A stretch of 64,000 bases of DNA from a virus. Its lineage: Duplodnaviria; Caudoviricetes. Positions 28,538 through 39,295 of this stretch are shown here, piece after piece. Every line of letters begins with the position of its first letter. Position 1 is the stretch's first letter. The notes under the pieces were generated by a model. That model made no database searches, was not told the origin of the DNA, and saw nothing but the letters and a program-made list of their open reading frames with translations. The stretch covers positions 4,853-68,852 of IMG/VR virus record IMGVR_UViG_3300029305_005257. The stretch is one strand, 5' to 3'. The translations under genes were made by a program, and so were the position numbers.

Positions 28538-29260
28538 TTACTCTCTGTAACTTGACTCAATATTGAAACAGATTACAGATTTTAGATATGCAGACTTTGC
28601 ATAAACCTCTCTAATTACATTCATAAAATTACCGGATATGTAACCCTCAGAAAACATTCTTTTTATAAATTCTGCTGGCACATATCCCTCTGGTAAATAT
28701 GAGAGGTATTCTTCTTCACTCATATCATCTAACGCTTGAGTGGAGACATCATAAATATTTGCGATTAATAAAGCCATTTCCGGATCTTTACATTTTGAAT
28801 ATAATTGTGTAGATCCATCTTTTTTATTTTTCCGTTCTTCAAAAAGTTTGTATAAACCAGATTTATCTAACTTTATATTTCGATGTATTGCATCTTCCAT
28901 ATTAGTACCTAATTCTAGTATGAAAAAGTTATATAATAACAAAGCCACACTAGGTATATTTTTAACATGTTCATCTAGCCAATCTTCACTGACTTTAATA
29001 TGAAATACTTTCTCGATTTTATTGATAAATTGCATACATATTTGGTTATATTTATTTTCCAAATATGTTTTCATATCAGTGCATGCAATATCTTCCTTCA
29101 TCGATTTGTATTTATAGTAATAAGGTTTTAAATAATCTATAGGAACTGCATTGATTTCTTTAAATAGACCATTGAATTGGTCATCTAATAACTCACTCAG
29201 TTCTGTATCATTGAAACTTTCTAGTATTTCACTTCTCTCGATTATAAGAGTTCCATTCAT
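28538..29260 (-). CDS. Hypothetical protein (240 aa)
   Basis: ORF with AAAGGGG RBS, downstream of terminase. Confidence 0.75.
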   Translation of the reverse strand: MNGTLIIERSEILESFNDTELSELLDDQFNGLFKEINAVPIDYLKPYYYKYKSMKEDIACTDMKTYLENKYNQICMQFINKIEKVFHIKVSEDWLDEHVKNIPSVALLLYNFFILELGTNMEDAIHRNIKLDKSGLYKLFEERKNKKDGSTQLYSKCKDPEMALLIANIYDVSTQALDDMSEEEYLSYLPEGYVPAEFIKRMFSEGYISGNFMNVIREVYAKSAYLKSVICFNIESSYRE

Positions 29261-29363
29261 TATTCTATAAACCCCTTTCTTTGAATAATCTTAACTGTGG
29301 TGTTATAGAATGGTTATTATTTTAACCCTATACCACATTAATGATATATTCGCAATTAATATT

Positions 29364-31757
29364 TTAAAGATAATCTTCAATATTAAATTCATTTGATGTG
29401 TATGGATCTAGTGAATTGTTACCGTATGGATTGAAAGAATTGCTTTGATTTTGATTAAATTCGTTTGCTGATTGGCTTTTATAAAAATCATTCCATAATT
29501 TATCGGAGTTTTCTAATACACTTCTTCCTACATGTGGACTCTGTGTTGTATTCATATTTGATTCTCTAGTGGCTTCTCTGAAACTTCTTTCCATTTCTAT
29601 TTGTTTATAGTAATTATTAGCATCCGACACAGGGTCTTTACCCTTAGCTCCTATAATAAGATTTCTCAATGACTCTGGTAAATGAGGTAATAACTTATGT
29701 AATTCTTTTAAATTTTCCGCTTCAGATTTAGGACTATTGGATTCAGATAACGGTTCTTTAGCTCCTTTAATAATATCCCATTCTTCTAAGTTAGCATTAT
29801 TATATACATAATGACCTATCAATTTAGACATAATGCAGTCATCATGTTCTTCTCCACCCGCTTCTATTTTGCCATTAGGTTTTTGAACTAATCCTAATAC
29901 ATCCTTAGCCACAAAATCTGTACATAGTGTTTCAATATCTTCTTCTGCCAAGGTTTGTAATACACTGAATAATCTAGGTCTTGTTTTGGATGTGGTATCA
30001 AATCCCCACGCTTTTCTAATATGTGCAGCTTTTTGTGCTTCGCCATATTCATCTGATACTTCTACAATCTTACTATTAAGCTTTTCACTATCATACCATA
30101 AATTGGTAATCCAAGCAGATTCAGTTATGATATTGATTAATTCCCTACCTTTATTTGCTTCCACTATTATTAACGATTTAGGAATATGATCAGTTAATAG
30201 TTTATCTAGCATTTTAAATAAGTTTGGTTGTGATACGTATGGAGATTTATATTCAATTACAGTTCTTAATGTATAAGGATTAAGAATGATTACTGCATTA
30301 TTATCGTGATCCGCTCCTAAACCTTCTGCAGGATCGACTATCATAATATATGGATAATTTCTATGAAGAGTTTCATAGAAATAAAAAGGACAAAGATTAT
30401 CACTATAATCCACTTTACCAATTGGCTTAAGGGTATTTTGAGAAATATAGTTCTGCTGTTCTTTTTTAAGTGGATTAAGTTCATTACCAGTGGTTCTCTT
30501 AAGATCAATTTCTCGTGCTATTGTATTCTGATCATAACCAACTAATTCACATTGCCTTTGATACCATTTCTCTGTTTTCTTTAACTGTTTCCATGTGTGT
30601 TCTACATAGAAGAAACCGTTTCTTTTATTAGAATGAATTTTACTTTTTAATTCATTAATTGGCTTATCAAGATATTTATCTTCCCATATTGCACATTGGT
30701 CAATAAATGCAACTGCAGCTTTACCATCTCTGCTAGATGTAAATCCTGGTGTAGATGTACATATTCTACAATGAAGTGAATTATTCTTAGTAGCATTTTC
30801 GGAAGCTTTAGAATAAGAGAAAGCAGATGCTTTCATGATTGTAGTATTATAAGGCCAGAAATCAAACTCGTCCATATAATGCATAGCTGCCGTATCACCA
30901 CGTCCTTGACTATTTGCAATATCTACAGAAGTTGCTTTAGTCATACACTTAATTTGATTTCCGTTTATAGGATTTCTCATAGATGTAACATTGTTAGTAC
31001 CCTTATCAATCTTACCGTCTTCAGTAAATGCGTATTGCATATGAAGATATGATGGTAACATTTCTCTTTGGCATTTTAATCTATAAAGATTAACTTTTGA
31101 TTGAGGGAAATCTTTATTGAAGAATAGAAATTGAGTCGCAGTGCATCCCCAATTGAAAGCATATAACTGCTTAGCTATCGCATCCTGGGTTTTACCAGTC
31201 TGACGAGGTTTTGAACCATAATGATCAATACCATTAAGAAATAAGAACCATGTAGCTACTGAAGTTCTATCTATTTTAAATTCACTACCTCCGCCTATTT
31301 CGATTGCCTTACCGTCTTCTGGTATTCGGCATACTTCTCTTAGGAAATACCACGGATTTATCCAAACCTCAAACCAAATTTTTATTTGAAGTTCTGCTGG
31401 CAAATTCGGCATAAATGGGTCTATATTTTCTAAATCAGGATCAAATAATCGCAAGAAGAATTTATTATTTTCAACTCCTAGTATCTTAAGATCTTCGTGT
31501 AACTCTAAGAAAGATTCATTGTGCGTTTTCCAGTGTATAATGGGTTTTCTTCTAGGAATATTTCGTTTATTGGATTCTATGATAGCCTGAGACGCCTCTT
31601 TTACAGTTGGATTTATATAAATTTTATCTTCTCTATTTAATTCTGAATTGATGGCACCCCAGTCCATCTTATCAATCTCCCTATCATCACCAGCGACAAA
31701 TATTCGTTTAGGTGGTTGAAGGACATCGAATAATAAATCGTTAGAATTGGTAATCAT
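29364..31757 (-). CDS. terL: Terminase large subunit
   Basis: Walker A KPRQTGKT, Walker B HYMDEF, coupling motif TSTPG, nuclease IVDPAEG, IVEAN, HDDCIMS. Confidence 0.95.
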   Translation of the reverse strand: MITNSNDLLFDVLQPPKRIFVAGDDREIDKMDWGAINSELNREDKIYINPTVKEASQAIIESNKRNIPRRKPIIHWKTHNESFLELHEDLKILGVENNKFFLRLFDPDLENIDPFMPNLPAELQIKIWFEVWINPWYFLREVCRIPEDGKAIEIGGGSEFKIDRTSVATWFLFLNGIDHYGSKPRQTGKTQDAIAKQLYAFNWGCTATQFLFFNKDFPQSKVNLYRLKCQREMLPSYLHMQYAFTEDGKIDKGTNNVTSMRNPINGNQIKCMTKATSVDIANSQGRGDTAAMHYMDEFDFWPYNTTIMKASAFSYSKASENATKNNSLHCRICTSTPGFTSSRDGKAAVAFIDQCAIWEDKYLDKPINELKSKIHSNKRNGFFYVEHTWKQLKKTEKWYQRQCELVGYDQNTIAREIDLKRTTGNELNPLKKEQQNYISQNTLKPIGKVDYSDNLCPFYFYETLHRNYPYIMIVDPAEGLGADHDNNAVIILNPYTLRTVIEYKSPYVSQPNLFKMLDKLLTDHIPKSLIIVEANKGRELINIITESAWITNLWYDSEKLNSKIVEVSDEYGEAQKAAHIRKAWGFDTTSKTRPRLFSVLQTLAEEDIETLCTDFVAKDVLGLVQKPNGKIEAGGEEHDDCIMSKLIGHYVYNNANLEEWDIIKGAKEPLSESNSPKSEAENLKELHKLLPHLPESLRNLIIGAKGKDPVSDANNYYKQIEMERSFREATRESNMNTTQSPHVGRSVLENSDKLWNDFYKSQSANEFNQNQSNSFNPYGNNSLDPYTSNEFNIEDYL

Positions 31758-31846
31758 ATAAATAAAATCACTCCTTTGTGTTAAATTAAATATGTGTATT
31801 AAAGGGAAAAAAGAACCAGTAGTGATACTGGTTCTTAATTTTGTGA

Positions 31847-32974
31847 TTAAATCTGAATAGATTCCATGGCTTGTTCAAGTAATTCTTTACCTACAAAACT
31901 TTCAGTTACAGTTTGAAGTTTTTGATGATTAGCAAATGCATTCTTTAAAAATTCAGAGGCTTTATTGATTTGCTCTAATGTCTTATCTTTAACTTTATCT
32001 GCCATAGGTCTAGCAAGCTGAGCATTTTTAGCCATTAATTCTTCAATCTGTGCTTTCTGCTGCTCTACAAGGGCCTGTGTATCAGTAAGCGCCTGCGTAG
32101 TCTCAGCCATCATTTTAGCCGCCTCTTCTTTTTGAGATTCCAACTCTTTCTGTATTTTAGACATTTCTTCTTTATGAGAACCATTTGCTTCATTTAATGC
32201 TTTTTCCACAGCTATTTCTTTTTCTCTATTATCTACAATAGCTTGTCTTTCCATTCTCATCTGATTTTCATATTCGATCTCCTCAGCAGTATATCCACCA
32301 TTCTTAATAACTGCTTCTGCTTCATTCAAACGTCTAGTCCATTCTACTTGATTTGCCACCATTTTATCTAAATCCCTAGTCAATTCCATCATATATTGGA
32401 CATTTGGACCGATTGTCTTTGCACGAGTTTTAGCTTCTTTAATTTTTTTCTGCTGCTGTTTAATGCTAATCTTAATTGCATTAAGATTTTCTTTCATCAT
32501 TTTATACTCTACTTTTGCAGCTTTGACTCTTCGACTTTGGACTTTGCCTTCCATAGCCGGTTCATCATCTAAACGTACATATGCTTCAAGACCGTCATCA
32601 AAATCATCATCGATATCTTCTAAGTCAGATTCAGATAACTCACCTAAAGCATCTTGCTCTTCCTGCATATATGCTTCTTCAATATAGTTATCTACAATCA
32701 TTTCAAGAGTTTCTTCATCTTCGTAATCATCTTCGTCTTCGTCTTCGATTCCAGCTCTATATAATTGCTCAATTTCCTTAGCTGTTAATTCAGACTCATC
32801 AACTTTATCTTCTTTATACATTACAGGAATGCCCATTGCTTCCATAGCCATACCAATAGTATCTTCTTCTGATTCAGTTACAATCATACCATCGATTTCT
32901 GCTTCTGTTAAAGATTCAATGGCAGGTACAGAAGATCTTTGTACATTCTTTGCAATTTGATCAAATATATTCAT
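31847..32974 (-). CDS. Putative internal head protein (acidic propeptide plus basic coiled coil)
   Basis: Start moved to 32974 behind AAAGGAG. Sites AIES, AMEA, AMEG, AMES. Sharp acidic-to-basic switch after AMEG. Confidence 0.6.
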   Translation of the reverse strand: MNIFDQIAKNVQRSSVPAIESLTEAEIDGMIVTESEEDTIGMAMEAMGIPVMYKEDKVDESELTAKEIEQLYRAGIEDEDEDDYEDEETLEMIVDNYIEEAYMQEEQDALGELSESDLEDIDDDFDDGLEAYVRLDDEPAMEGKVQSRRVKAAKVEYKMMKENLNAIKISIKQQQKKIKEAKTRAKTIGPNVQYMMELTRDLDKMVANQVEWTRRLNEAEAVIKNGGYTAEEIEYENQMRMERQAIVDNREKEIAVEKALNEANGSHKEEMSKIQKELESQKEEAAKMMAETTQALTDTQALVEQQKAQIEELMAKNAQLARPMADKVKDKTLEQINKASEFLKNAFANHQKLQTVTESFVGKELLEQAMESIQI

Positions 32975-33034
32975 GTCTATAACTCCTTTCATATAGTTAT
33001 AATATTAAATCCATTGTTAAAACGGGTATCTTAA

Positions 33035-34489
33035 CTATTCCTCAGTAGATGTGAAGTAGTTATCATACAAACTCTTTAAGATTCTTACCATAATTGGTCC
33101 ATAAAAATAACTAAATCTGCAAGGTGTTATTAAAGCATCTATTAAAATAGGAATGTTGATATCCTCTAACACACCAGCCATAAACTTAACGATAGTATCC
33201 AGAATATATATTTCGCTAGTACTATATTTGGATATGGTTTCATAATCTTCTACGGTAGGTTCACCTTTTTCTGAATTTGTTATTCTTGTATGATCAAAAT
33301 CCTCTAATATAATTTTCTTTTTTTCTGACTTGATGGGTTTAGGTTTCTTAGGAGGTACTTTGATTGTGTGAGAATATGTAGAAATATCTGAAATATAACT
33401 TTCATTTTCTTCACCAGTATCATTCTCTTCTTTGTCTTCGAGTGGAATTGGATATATTGAATCCCCATATATTACACATTTCTTTACCCATTTATCATAA
33501 TAATCAGTTAACTTATTATCTTTCTCTACCATAACTAATTTAATGGAAAGAGCATTATACCCATAAACGTTTAAAGGGGATGCCGGACTTTCCACCGGAC
33601 CAAGGTAATAATATAATTTATCAAGTAAGAATTTGTTACTACCAGTAGCTATTGCATATAGTAAAGATCTTTTATATTTCAATTCAGAACCATATGGATT
33701 ATAATCTAAATAAGGCATGGTAGTAAGAGTAGAAGCTGAATGTGGAAATAAATTTAAGTCATTGATAAATTTAGTAATAAAAGGATCGTAAATTACTTGA
33801 TTTGAATCATATTCGTTCGGTAATAAATACCCTCCTACTCCTTTATCATAATACATTTCTTGATAGAGATCTATGCATTCATTAATACCATCTACTAAAG
33901 AATTAACTGCTCCTACAGATTCTTCTTCGATAAAACATTTATCCTCAGTACCTATATTCTCGAATACTGTATAGTATGTTTTAACAATCTGACTATCGAA
34001 TTTAGATAGAACATCTTTACCATAATCTTTAAGCTCTAATTGTATAGATACAAATTCATTGGATTGGATTGTGTTATACCTAAAACTGTTCACCCTAAAT
34101 AAAACTTGTGTACCTTCTGGTAAATCTATAACCATGTAATCTGGTACTGTAGGTTTGACTGTATCCGGTAATAGTACGATATCATTCAGATCTAATTCCA
34201 GATTCATGCCAGTCTCATCATATAATATATCTGGAGATAAAACTGGTATATTATAAACCGGCAATCCAATAATTTTATTAAATCTTAAAGGAGAATTATA
34301 TCCAGTTTCGCTATTGACAGTTCCTGTACCTGTATCGGCTCTACTCATAATTTGATTAACAGCAAGATATGTAACAAATGTTGGAGTAAGATTCAAATAT
34401 TTAGAATATTGACTTACTTTATTTGATGCATATGTATCAACGACATCTTTTACATAGGAAGACTGTTCAACTTTAATTAATGATGCCAT
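33035..34489 (-). CDS. Probable virion structural protein (484 aa)
   Basis: N-terminal region (SKYLNLTPTFVTY...SPLRFNKI) resembles a conserved jumbo-phage structural family as I recall it. Exact role unassigned. Confidence 0.45.
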   Translation of the reverse strand: MASLIKVEQSSYVKDVVDTYASNKVSQYSKYLNLTPTFVTYLAVNQIMSRADTGTGTVNSETGYNSPLRFNKIIGLPVYNIPVLSPDILYDETGMNLELDLNDIVLLPDTVKPTVPDYMVIDLPEGTQVLFRVNSFRYNTIQSNEFVSIQLELKDYGKDVLSKFDSQIVKTYYTVFENIGTEDKCFIEEESVGAVNSLVDGINECIDLYQEMYYDKGVGGYLLPNEYDSNQVIYDPFITKFINDLNLFPHSASTLTTMPYLDYNPYGSELKYKRSLLYAIATGSNKFLLDKLYYYLGPVESPASPLNVYGYNALSIKLVMVEKDNKLTDYYDKWVKKCVIYGDSIYPIPLEDKEENDTGEENESYISDISTYSHTIKVPPKKPKPIKSEKKKIILEDFDHTRITNSEKGEPTVEDYETISKYSTSEIYILDTIVKFMAGVLEDINIPILIDALITPCRFSYFYGPIMVRILKSLYDNYFTSTEE

Positions 34490-34584
34490 ATCATGATACC
34501 TTCCTTTCTTTTAATATTAAATTTATGTGTAGAAATGGGTAAAAAAGGAGAGGACTTAGATTTCAATCTAATCCTCTCCTTCAG

Positions 34585-34740
34585 TTACTCTCCTAAAAGT
34601 TTTAATAGTTTGTGATAATCCATTTTACTAATCTTGGAATTAACGTATGCATTCTCTATTTCAATAATAGTTTTATTTTTATCGTCAATACAAGAATCAA
34701 CAAGTATCTTTAATTTATCATATTCAGTTTGATTATTCAT
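34585..34740 (-). CDS. Small protein (51 aa), not in the ORF track
   Basis: MNNQTEYDKLKILVDSCIDDKNKTIIEIENAYVNSKISKMDYHKLLKLLGE, with GAAGGGAG RBS. Confidence 0.6.
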   Translation of the reverse strand: MNNQTEYDKLKILVDSCIDDKNKTIIEIENAYVNSKISKMDYHKLLKLLGE

Positions 34741-34806
34741 TTTATCATCTCCCTTCATTATAAAATTACATGTAAGTCTTATAAGAAAAAATATATAGAT
34801 TTACAT

Positions 34807-34893
34807 TTATATTAATACTTTACGGTATTTTACATATATTGAGAGTGAAAAATCAAATGAGACATTCTTTAGATTTCTCATGACACAATTCAT
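34807..34893 (-). CDS. Small peptide (28 aa), not in the ORF track
   Basis: MNCVMRNLKNVSFDFSLSIYVKYRKVLI, with a perfect AAAGGAGGTG RBS. Confidence 0.4.
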   Translation of the reverse strand: MNCVMRNLKNVSFDFSLSIYVKYRKVLI

Positions 34894-34986
34894 GAAAATC
34901 ACCTCCTTTAATATAAGAATGAAAGTATTACAGAGCACATAACGTAAATGGAACAACGATAATGTTTTTTTCATTCACTCTCACCT

Positions 34987-35022
34987 AAAAGAGTCCAGAA
35001 TTTTAAAATTCTGGACTCTTTT
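34987..35022. terminator. Terminator, perfect 36-bp palindrome
   Basis: aaaagagtccagaatttt|aaaattctggactctttt. Confidence 0.85.
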
Positions 35023-35033
35023 ATTTCATATAT

Positions 35034-35852
35034 TTAGTGAGTTGATGTGAGATTTATACTGTCCTTTTTCATTTTTTCTTCATGTATTTCTCGTAGCCAC
35101 CAATATTTATCATATTCTTCATTTATACGTTTACCAAATTCTTCCAGTATGTTAATACATGGATGCACGTGTTCGTTTTCAGATATAGTAAAAAGTTCTA
35201 TAGCGGATACATAGTATAAACTCGATTCAATATTATTATTAACTTTATCGAAATCAACGAATGAACTGCGTTTACCACTTATCAAATAATCGTAAATTGT
35301 ATCTAAAAGTTGAGCATAATACTCAATGAACAATTTAAGATTTATACAATCTTTCCCAAATACATAATTGAAATAATCGGGTATTTGGTTCTTATTACGG
35401 ATATAGTTATGATGATAATACCTAACCTCACATGCAAAGTATGCAAGATTTTTAAGTTTATTATTAAAATACTCAATTCTAGTATCTTTATAATCACATA
35501 AAAAATTTGTTAATTCTGCAAGATTTTTTGAAAGATCATTCGCATCTAATTTTACGATCACTTCGATAATTTCTGGATGCTTTGTCATTATATCAAATAG
35601 AAGTTCGAGTTCATAATCTTGTTTTTTAATCGATTTTTCAATTCCTTCGAATACTTTATTAAGTAATGAATAATTTGTAATATGCACATCTTGGATCAAT
35701 TCATTATCCAAATCACAAAAGATTTCTTCTCTAATAGGTATAAAATCCAATAAATGGTCTAAGAATTTATTTAATTTAAACCAGTTAAGTTGATCTTGTT
35801 GATTACACAATCTATATAAATGCTCACGAATTTCTTGTTTTGTCATTATCAT
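35034..35852 (-). CDS. Hypothetical protein (272 aa)
   Basis: ORF with GGGGG RBS-like tract. Confidence 0.7.
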   Translation of the reverse strand: MIMTKQEIREHLYRLCNQQDQLNWFKLNKFLDHLLDFIPIREEIFCDLDNELIQDVHITNYSLLNKVFEGIEKSIKKQDYELELLFDIMTKHPEIIEVIVKLDANDLSKNLAELTNFLCDYKDTRIEYFNNKLKNLAYFACEVRYYHHNYIRNKNQIPDYFNYVFGKDCINLKLFIEYYAQLLDTIYDYLISGKRSSFVDFDKVNNNIESSLYYVSAIELFTISENEHVHPCINILEEFGKRINEEYDKYWWLREIHEEKMKKDSINLTSTH

Positions 35853-36091
35853 ACCCCCATATAATTATTTTATCTAAATGAAAGTTCGTTTATAAATTGA
35901 TAATTAAGGACTAAAAATCCGAAGAGAAATATCAAATAACTCTTCGGATTTAGTCTTATAGGGAATAAATAAAGCCACAACTCTATTCTATATCTGTGTT
36001 GTATAGATTTATAATTATATATCATATTTATGATGTTGATAAAAGATATCAACACGAATTCAATTCCATAAAAACAAAGGAGGATAAAGAA

Positions 36092-37306
36092 ATGGATATT
36101 AATGAAGTTTTATTCGTAAGAGGAAAATTAATGAAAATGGATGCTGTATATGATATATTTGGTAAGTCATATGGTGTAGGACTTGACATTCTTCAAAGAA
36201 TGACACCAGAAGAAGATAAGGATGCTTCATCCTTCATTAAGCGTGTATTTAAATATTCTAATTTTAAATTAGATGATTTTGTAGACGTGTTTTCATCAAT
36301 AATATTAGAAGGTACAGACAATATACTCGATCATTGGCACGAGATTGATGATATGAAAAGTGAATTCTATAAGAAGCATGAGATATTGTTATACCATGCA
36401 AAGTTTGCTGAATTTCACTCACTAAACGTCCAGTTTGCAATATTTCATTTGACATTACCAGAAGTAATAAAAAAGTATAAACCAGATTACGAAGCACCAG
36501 CTGAACAATCTGATTCAATAAATGATTATGTAGAATATCGTACATCGATCATCAAGAATTTAATGCAATCAAATTATAAATTTAGAGAGTTGGTATACAA
36601 TCATTTGAATCATGGTTCATTGGTTGTGTTATGTAATGATTTTGGAACAGATATGGAGAATCTTAGAATATCCGAAAAAACTGGATTCTATGATAAAATC
36701 TATCCCAAGATTAAAGCAAATATGGTAAGCTCAAATGGCATGATTGTTAAGAGTAGAATTAAAGCTAACGATGCCGATGGAAATTTGTGTATATGTACAC
36801 AATATAGGGTAATCATCACAAACTGTGCTAAAGTTAATATAATTGCACAGTTTAATATTCCGGATAATCCAGATGATATACCATATTCATTTTTGATGGA
36901 TGTGTCCCATTGTAGATTAACAATTGGTGCTATATTGCCAGATTATTTACGATTATTTATTGGTGTAAATGGTAAAGTAATGGATTTAGATAGCAAAGAT
37001 AAATTCGATGATATACTTCTAGAAGTTGTATCTAATCTTCCATTTATCGAAGAACCAGATAAAGAAATTAGAGCAAAAGAAAAAATGATATTCTATAAGC
37101 AACTACATAATCCGGATATGCGGTTTATGAATCTATTCTCTGTCAAGTACTATAAAGAATTTATGTTGAATGACGGAGATTTATTTATTCACTATGCTCA
37201 ACCAGAGGATAGTGATATGAAGAATCTAAAATTAGATGAGATGACTATAGAAATTCTTAAAAGAAAAGAGACTTTCAAAGAATATTTCATTGAAGCTAAA
37301 TTTTAA
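36092..37306 (+). CDS. Hypothetical protein (404 aa)
   Basis: Start moved to ATG 36092 behind AAGGAGG. TATATATCAT upstream. Confidence 0.75.
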   Translation: MDINEVLFVRGKLMKMDAVYDIFGKSYGVGLDILQRMTPEEDKDASSFIKRVFKYSNFKLDDFVDVFSSIILEGTDNILDHWHEIDDMKSEFYKKHEILLYHAKFAEFHSLNVQFAIFHLTLPEVIKKYKPDYEAPAEQSDSINDYVEYRTSIIKNLMQSNYKFRELVYNHLNHGSLVVLCNDFGTDMENLRISEKTGFYDKIYPKIKANMVSSNGMIVKSRIKANDADGNLCICTQYRVIITNCAKVNIIAQFNIPDNPDDIPYSFLMDVSHCRLTIGAILPDYLRLFIGVNGKVMDLDSKDKFDDILLEVVSNLPFIEEPDKEIRAKEKMIFYKQLHNPDMRFMNLFSVKYYKEFMLNDGDLFIHYAQPEDSDMKNLKLDEMTIEILKRKETFKEYFIEAKF

Positions 37307-37318
37307 AATAATGAATTT

Positions 37319-37354
37319 AAATTACCCCTAGATGATATCATCTAGGGGTAATTT
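37319..37354. terminator. Bidirectional terminator, perfect 36-bp palindrome
   Basis: aaattacccctagatgat|atcatctaggggtaattt. Confidence 0.85.
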
Positions 37355-37377
37355 TACCTGCAGCATAATTTTATTTT

Positions 37378-39162
37378 TTATGGTTCATTTGGTTCCTGTG
37401 TGCCAGTATCGTCCGTACCAGGATCAGTTCCTTCGGTAGTCGTATCTTCTTCAGCAACTCTCTTTAATGTTGTAGGACTGAATAATTCACGACCATCGAT
37501 GTAGAAGTTACCCTGAACCGGCAATACTTCAAATGTTAATGTACGCTGAGTACACATAATATTTGGAGTAAGAGTGAATACAGGATGTCTGTAACCACGG
37601 TCAATAACAACGTTCTGCCAATAATGCTTAAATGTAATAATTTCTGGAGTAGTAGGAATAACTACAAATCTTAATCCCTTTTCAGGACGCATATAATGAG
37701 ATGTGATAATATGTACCTTGTCCTGAGATGTTGTAAGAATACCAAAGTCATAAGAAATCTTCATACCGGAAATCTGTGTAGAATCTGTAAATACCCACTG
37801 AATACCGTTCTGTAAGAATCTTACCAATGCCGGATTACCTACTACATTGATAACAATATTTGGAGTTAAGAGAATATCTTTGAGAGCCTGAATTAAACGT
37901 TCGAAGTATTCTCTTACATCTCCCATCCATGTTGTTACATTACCAGTGTAACCTTCATATGGAAGAGAATCGAAGCTTGCTTCTGCAACCATGGAACCAA
38001 ATCCATAAGGACCCATAGCAATCTGCTTTTGAGCATCAAAGGATCTGTCAAGGAATGTTCTAATATCAAAATCCTGAAGTTCTGCTAATGTTCTACCCAT
38101 TACATCTACCTTATCTGCTACAAGGTCAATCTTCTGGAGAGCCATAGCGTCAGCTGCTTCTTCAACTGTAATTGCGGAATTTAATCTTGGACCAGATTCT
38201 GGCATAACGAACTCGAGTCTTTCTACTCTACGTTCAACGTCGCCGAGAGATCTCTGGTTGAATCTGTTAGAAATCTTACCAGACAATACCACCTTAGTAA
38301 TCTTTTCATCGCGACTACGTAATACTACACGACCATTCTGGAAGTCTACATTACCGAAGATTTCATCTTCTGTAGCTACCTTTGTATCTGGATTAACATA
38401 TTTAATCTTACCTTTTACGAAGTTGTGAGTATTGATGTCTACACGTATATTTGTAGGAATTGTAACTTCTGTACCAGCATCATCATTCATATAAACAGCA
38501 GATACATAGATTTCCTGAGTTAGCTGATATGCCTGATCACCTTCGATAATACCAGGAACATAAGTTTCTGTAAGCACTTCAAGATAAGGACTAAAAGCAG
38601 AAATTTCAATAGGCTCATTCTTAATACTTAATCCTGTAGAAGCATCCATTAATTCCTGCATCTTCTTATCGTCGAAGTTAATATCTGGAATAGCATACTC
38701 GGTTCCATCTAAAGCCTTAATATATCTCTTTTCATAACCAATTTCAATTAATGCATTCTGAGGGATTTCTGACATAAGAACATCCTTGAATACGTTAGCT
38801 ACCCACTGTTTCTTTAAGAAGAATGGATTGTATGCTACAATTGGGGCATAACCTAACATAACAGATTCTTGTGCGATCTGATTCATGGAGTTATCCAAGA
38901 GCATACCTAATCTCTCAGCATAGTTATCATAGAATGGAGTTGTAGTACATGGACCATTTGTAAGAGCTGGAGATGTAGCCACAGATTCCATTGCAAGGCT
39001 TAAAAAGTTTTCTCTCATTTCAGGAGAAGTTAAAATTTTTCCAAAATCTGCACTTAAGCTTGTACCAGAACCGGCATAAGCCTCAAATGCATATGCAACG
39101 TCTTGTTTAAAACCAAGGGATTCATCAGCTTGGTAATTATTTCCGACAATTTTATTTGCCAT
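37378..39162 (-). CDS. Major capsid protein
   Basis: Start moved to 39162. Motifs YAPIVAYNPFFLKKQW, ITVEEAAD, C-terminal YRHPVFTLTPNIMCTQRTLTFEVLPVQG are typical of phiKZ/AR9-type capsids. N-terminal AFEA and AMES maturation sites. Confidence 0.85.
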   Translation of the reverse strand: MANKIVGNNYQADESLGFKQDVAYAFEAYAGSGTSLSADFGKILTSPEMRENFLSLAMESVATSPALTNGPCTTTPFYDNYAERLGMLLDNSMNQIAQESVMLGYAPIVAYNPFFLKKQWVANVFKDVLMSEIPQNALIEIGYEKRYIKALDGTEYAIPDINFDDKKMQELMDASTGLSIKNEPIEISAFSPYLEVLTETYVPGIIEGDQAYQLTQEIYVSAVYMNDDAGTEVTIPTNIRVDINTHNFVKGKIKYVNPDTKVATEDEIFGNVDFQNGRVVLRSRDEKITKVVLSGKISNRFNQRSLGDVERRVERLEFVMPESGPRLNSAITVEEAADAMALQKIDLVADKVDVMGRTLAELQDFDIRTFLDRSFDAQKQIAMGPYGFGSMVAEASFDSLPYEGYTGNVTTWMGDVREYFERLIQALKDILLTPNIVINVVGNPALVRFLQNGIQWVFTDSTQISGMKISYDFGILTTSQDKVHIITSHYMRPEKGLRFVVIPTTPEIITFKHYWQNVVIDRGYRHPVFTLTPNIMCTQRTLTFEVLPVQGNFYIDGRELFSPTTLKRVAEEDTTTEGTDPGTDDTGTQEPNEP

Positions 39163-39211
39163 AATTAGTTTCCTCACTTTCCTTTAGATATTAATTCAAT
39201 TTTTTACGCTA

Positions 39212-39240
39212 TAAAATGAATTGATTTATTTTATTGTATC
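39212..39240 (-). promoter_or_regulatory. Conserved late leader/promoter of the capsid gene
   Basis: Minus strand GATACAATAAAATAAATCAATTCATTTTA. Confidence 0.75.
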
Positions 39241-39295
39241 TTATAAACTTTCTAAACTGCTTATATTTATATCATGAAATCAACTCAATTTTTTG

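Noticed and set aside
35870-36091. ORF 35870-36055 and the upstream extension of the 436-aa ORF
   Set aside because: The region is a divergent promoter/leader. The only good RBS points to ATG 36092.
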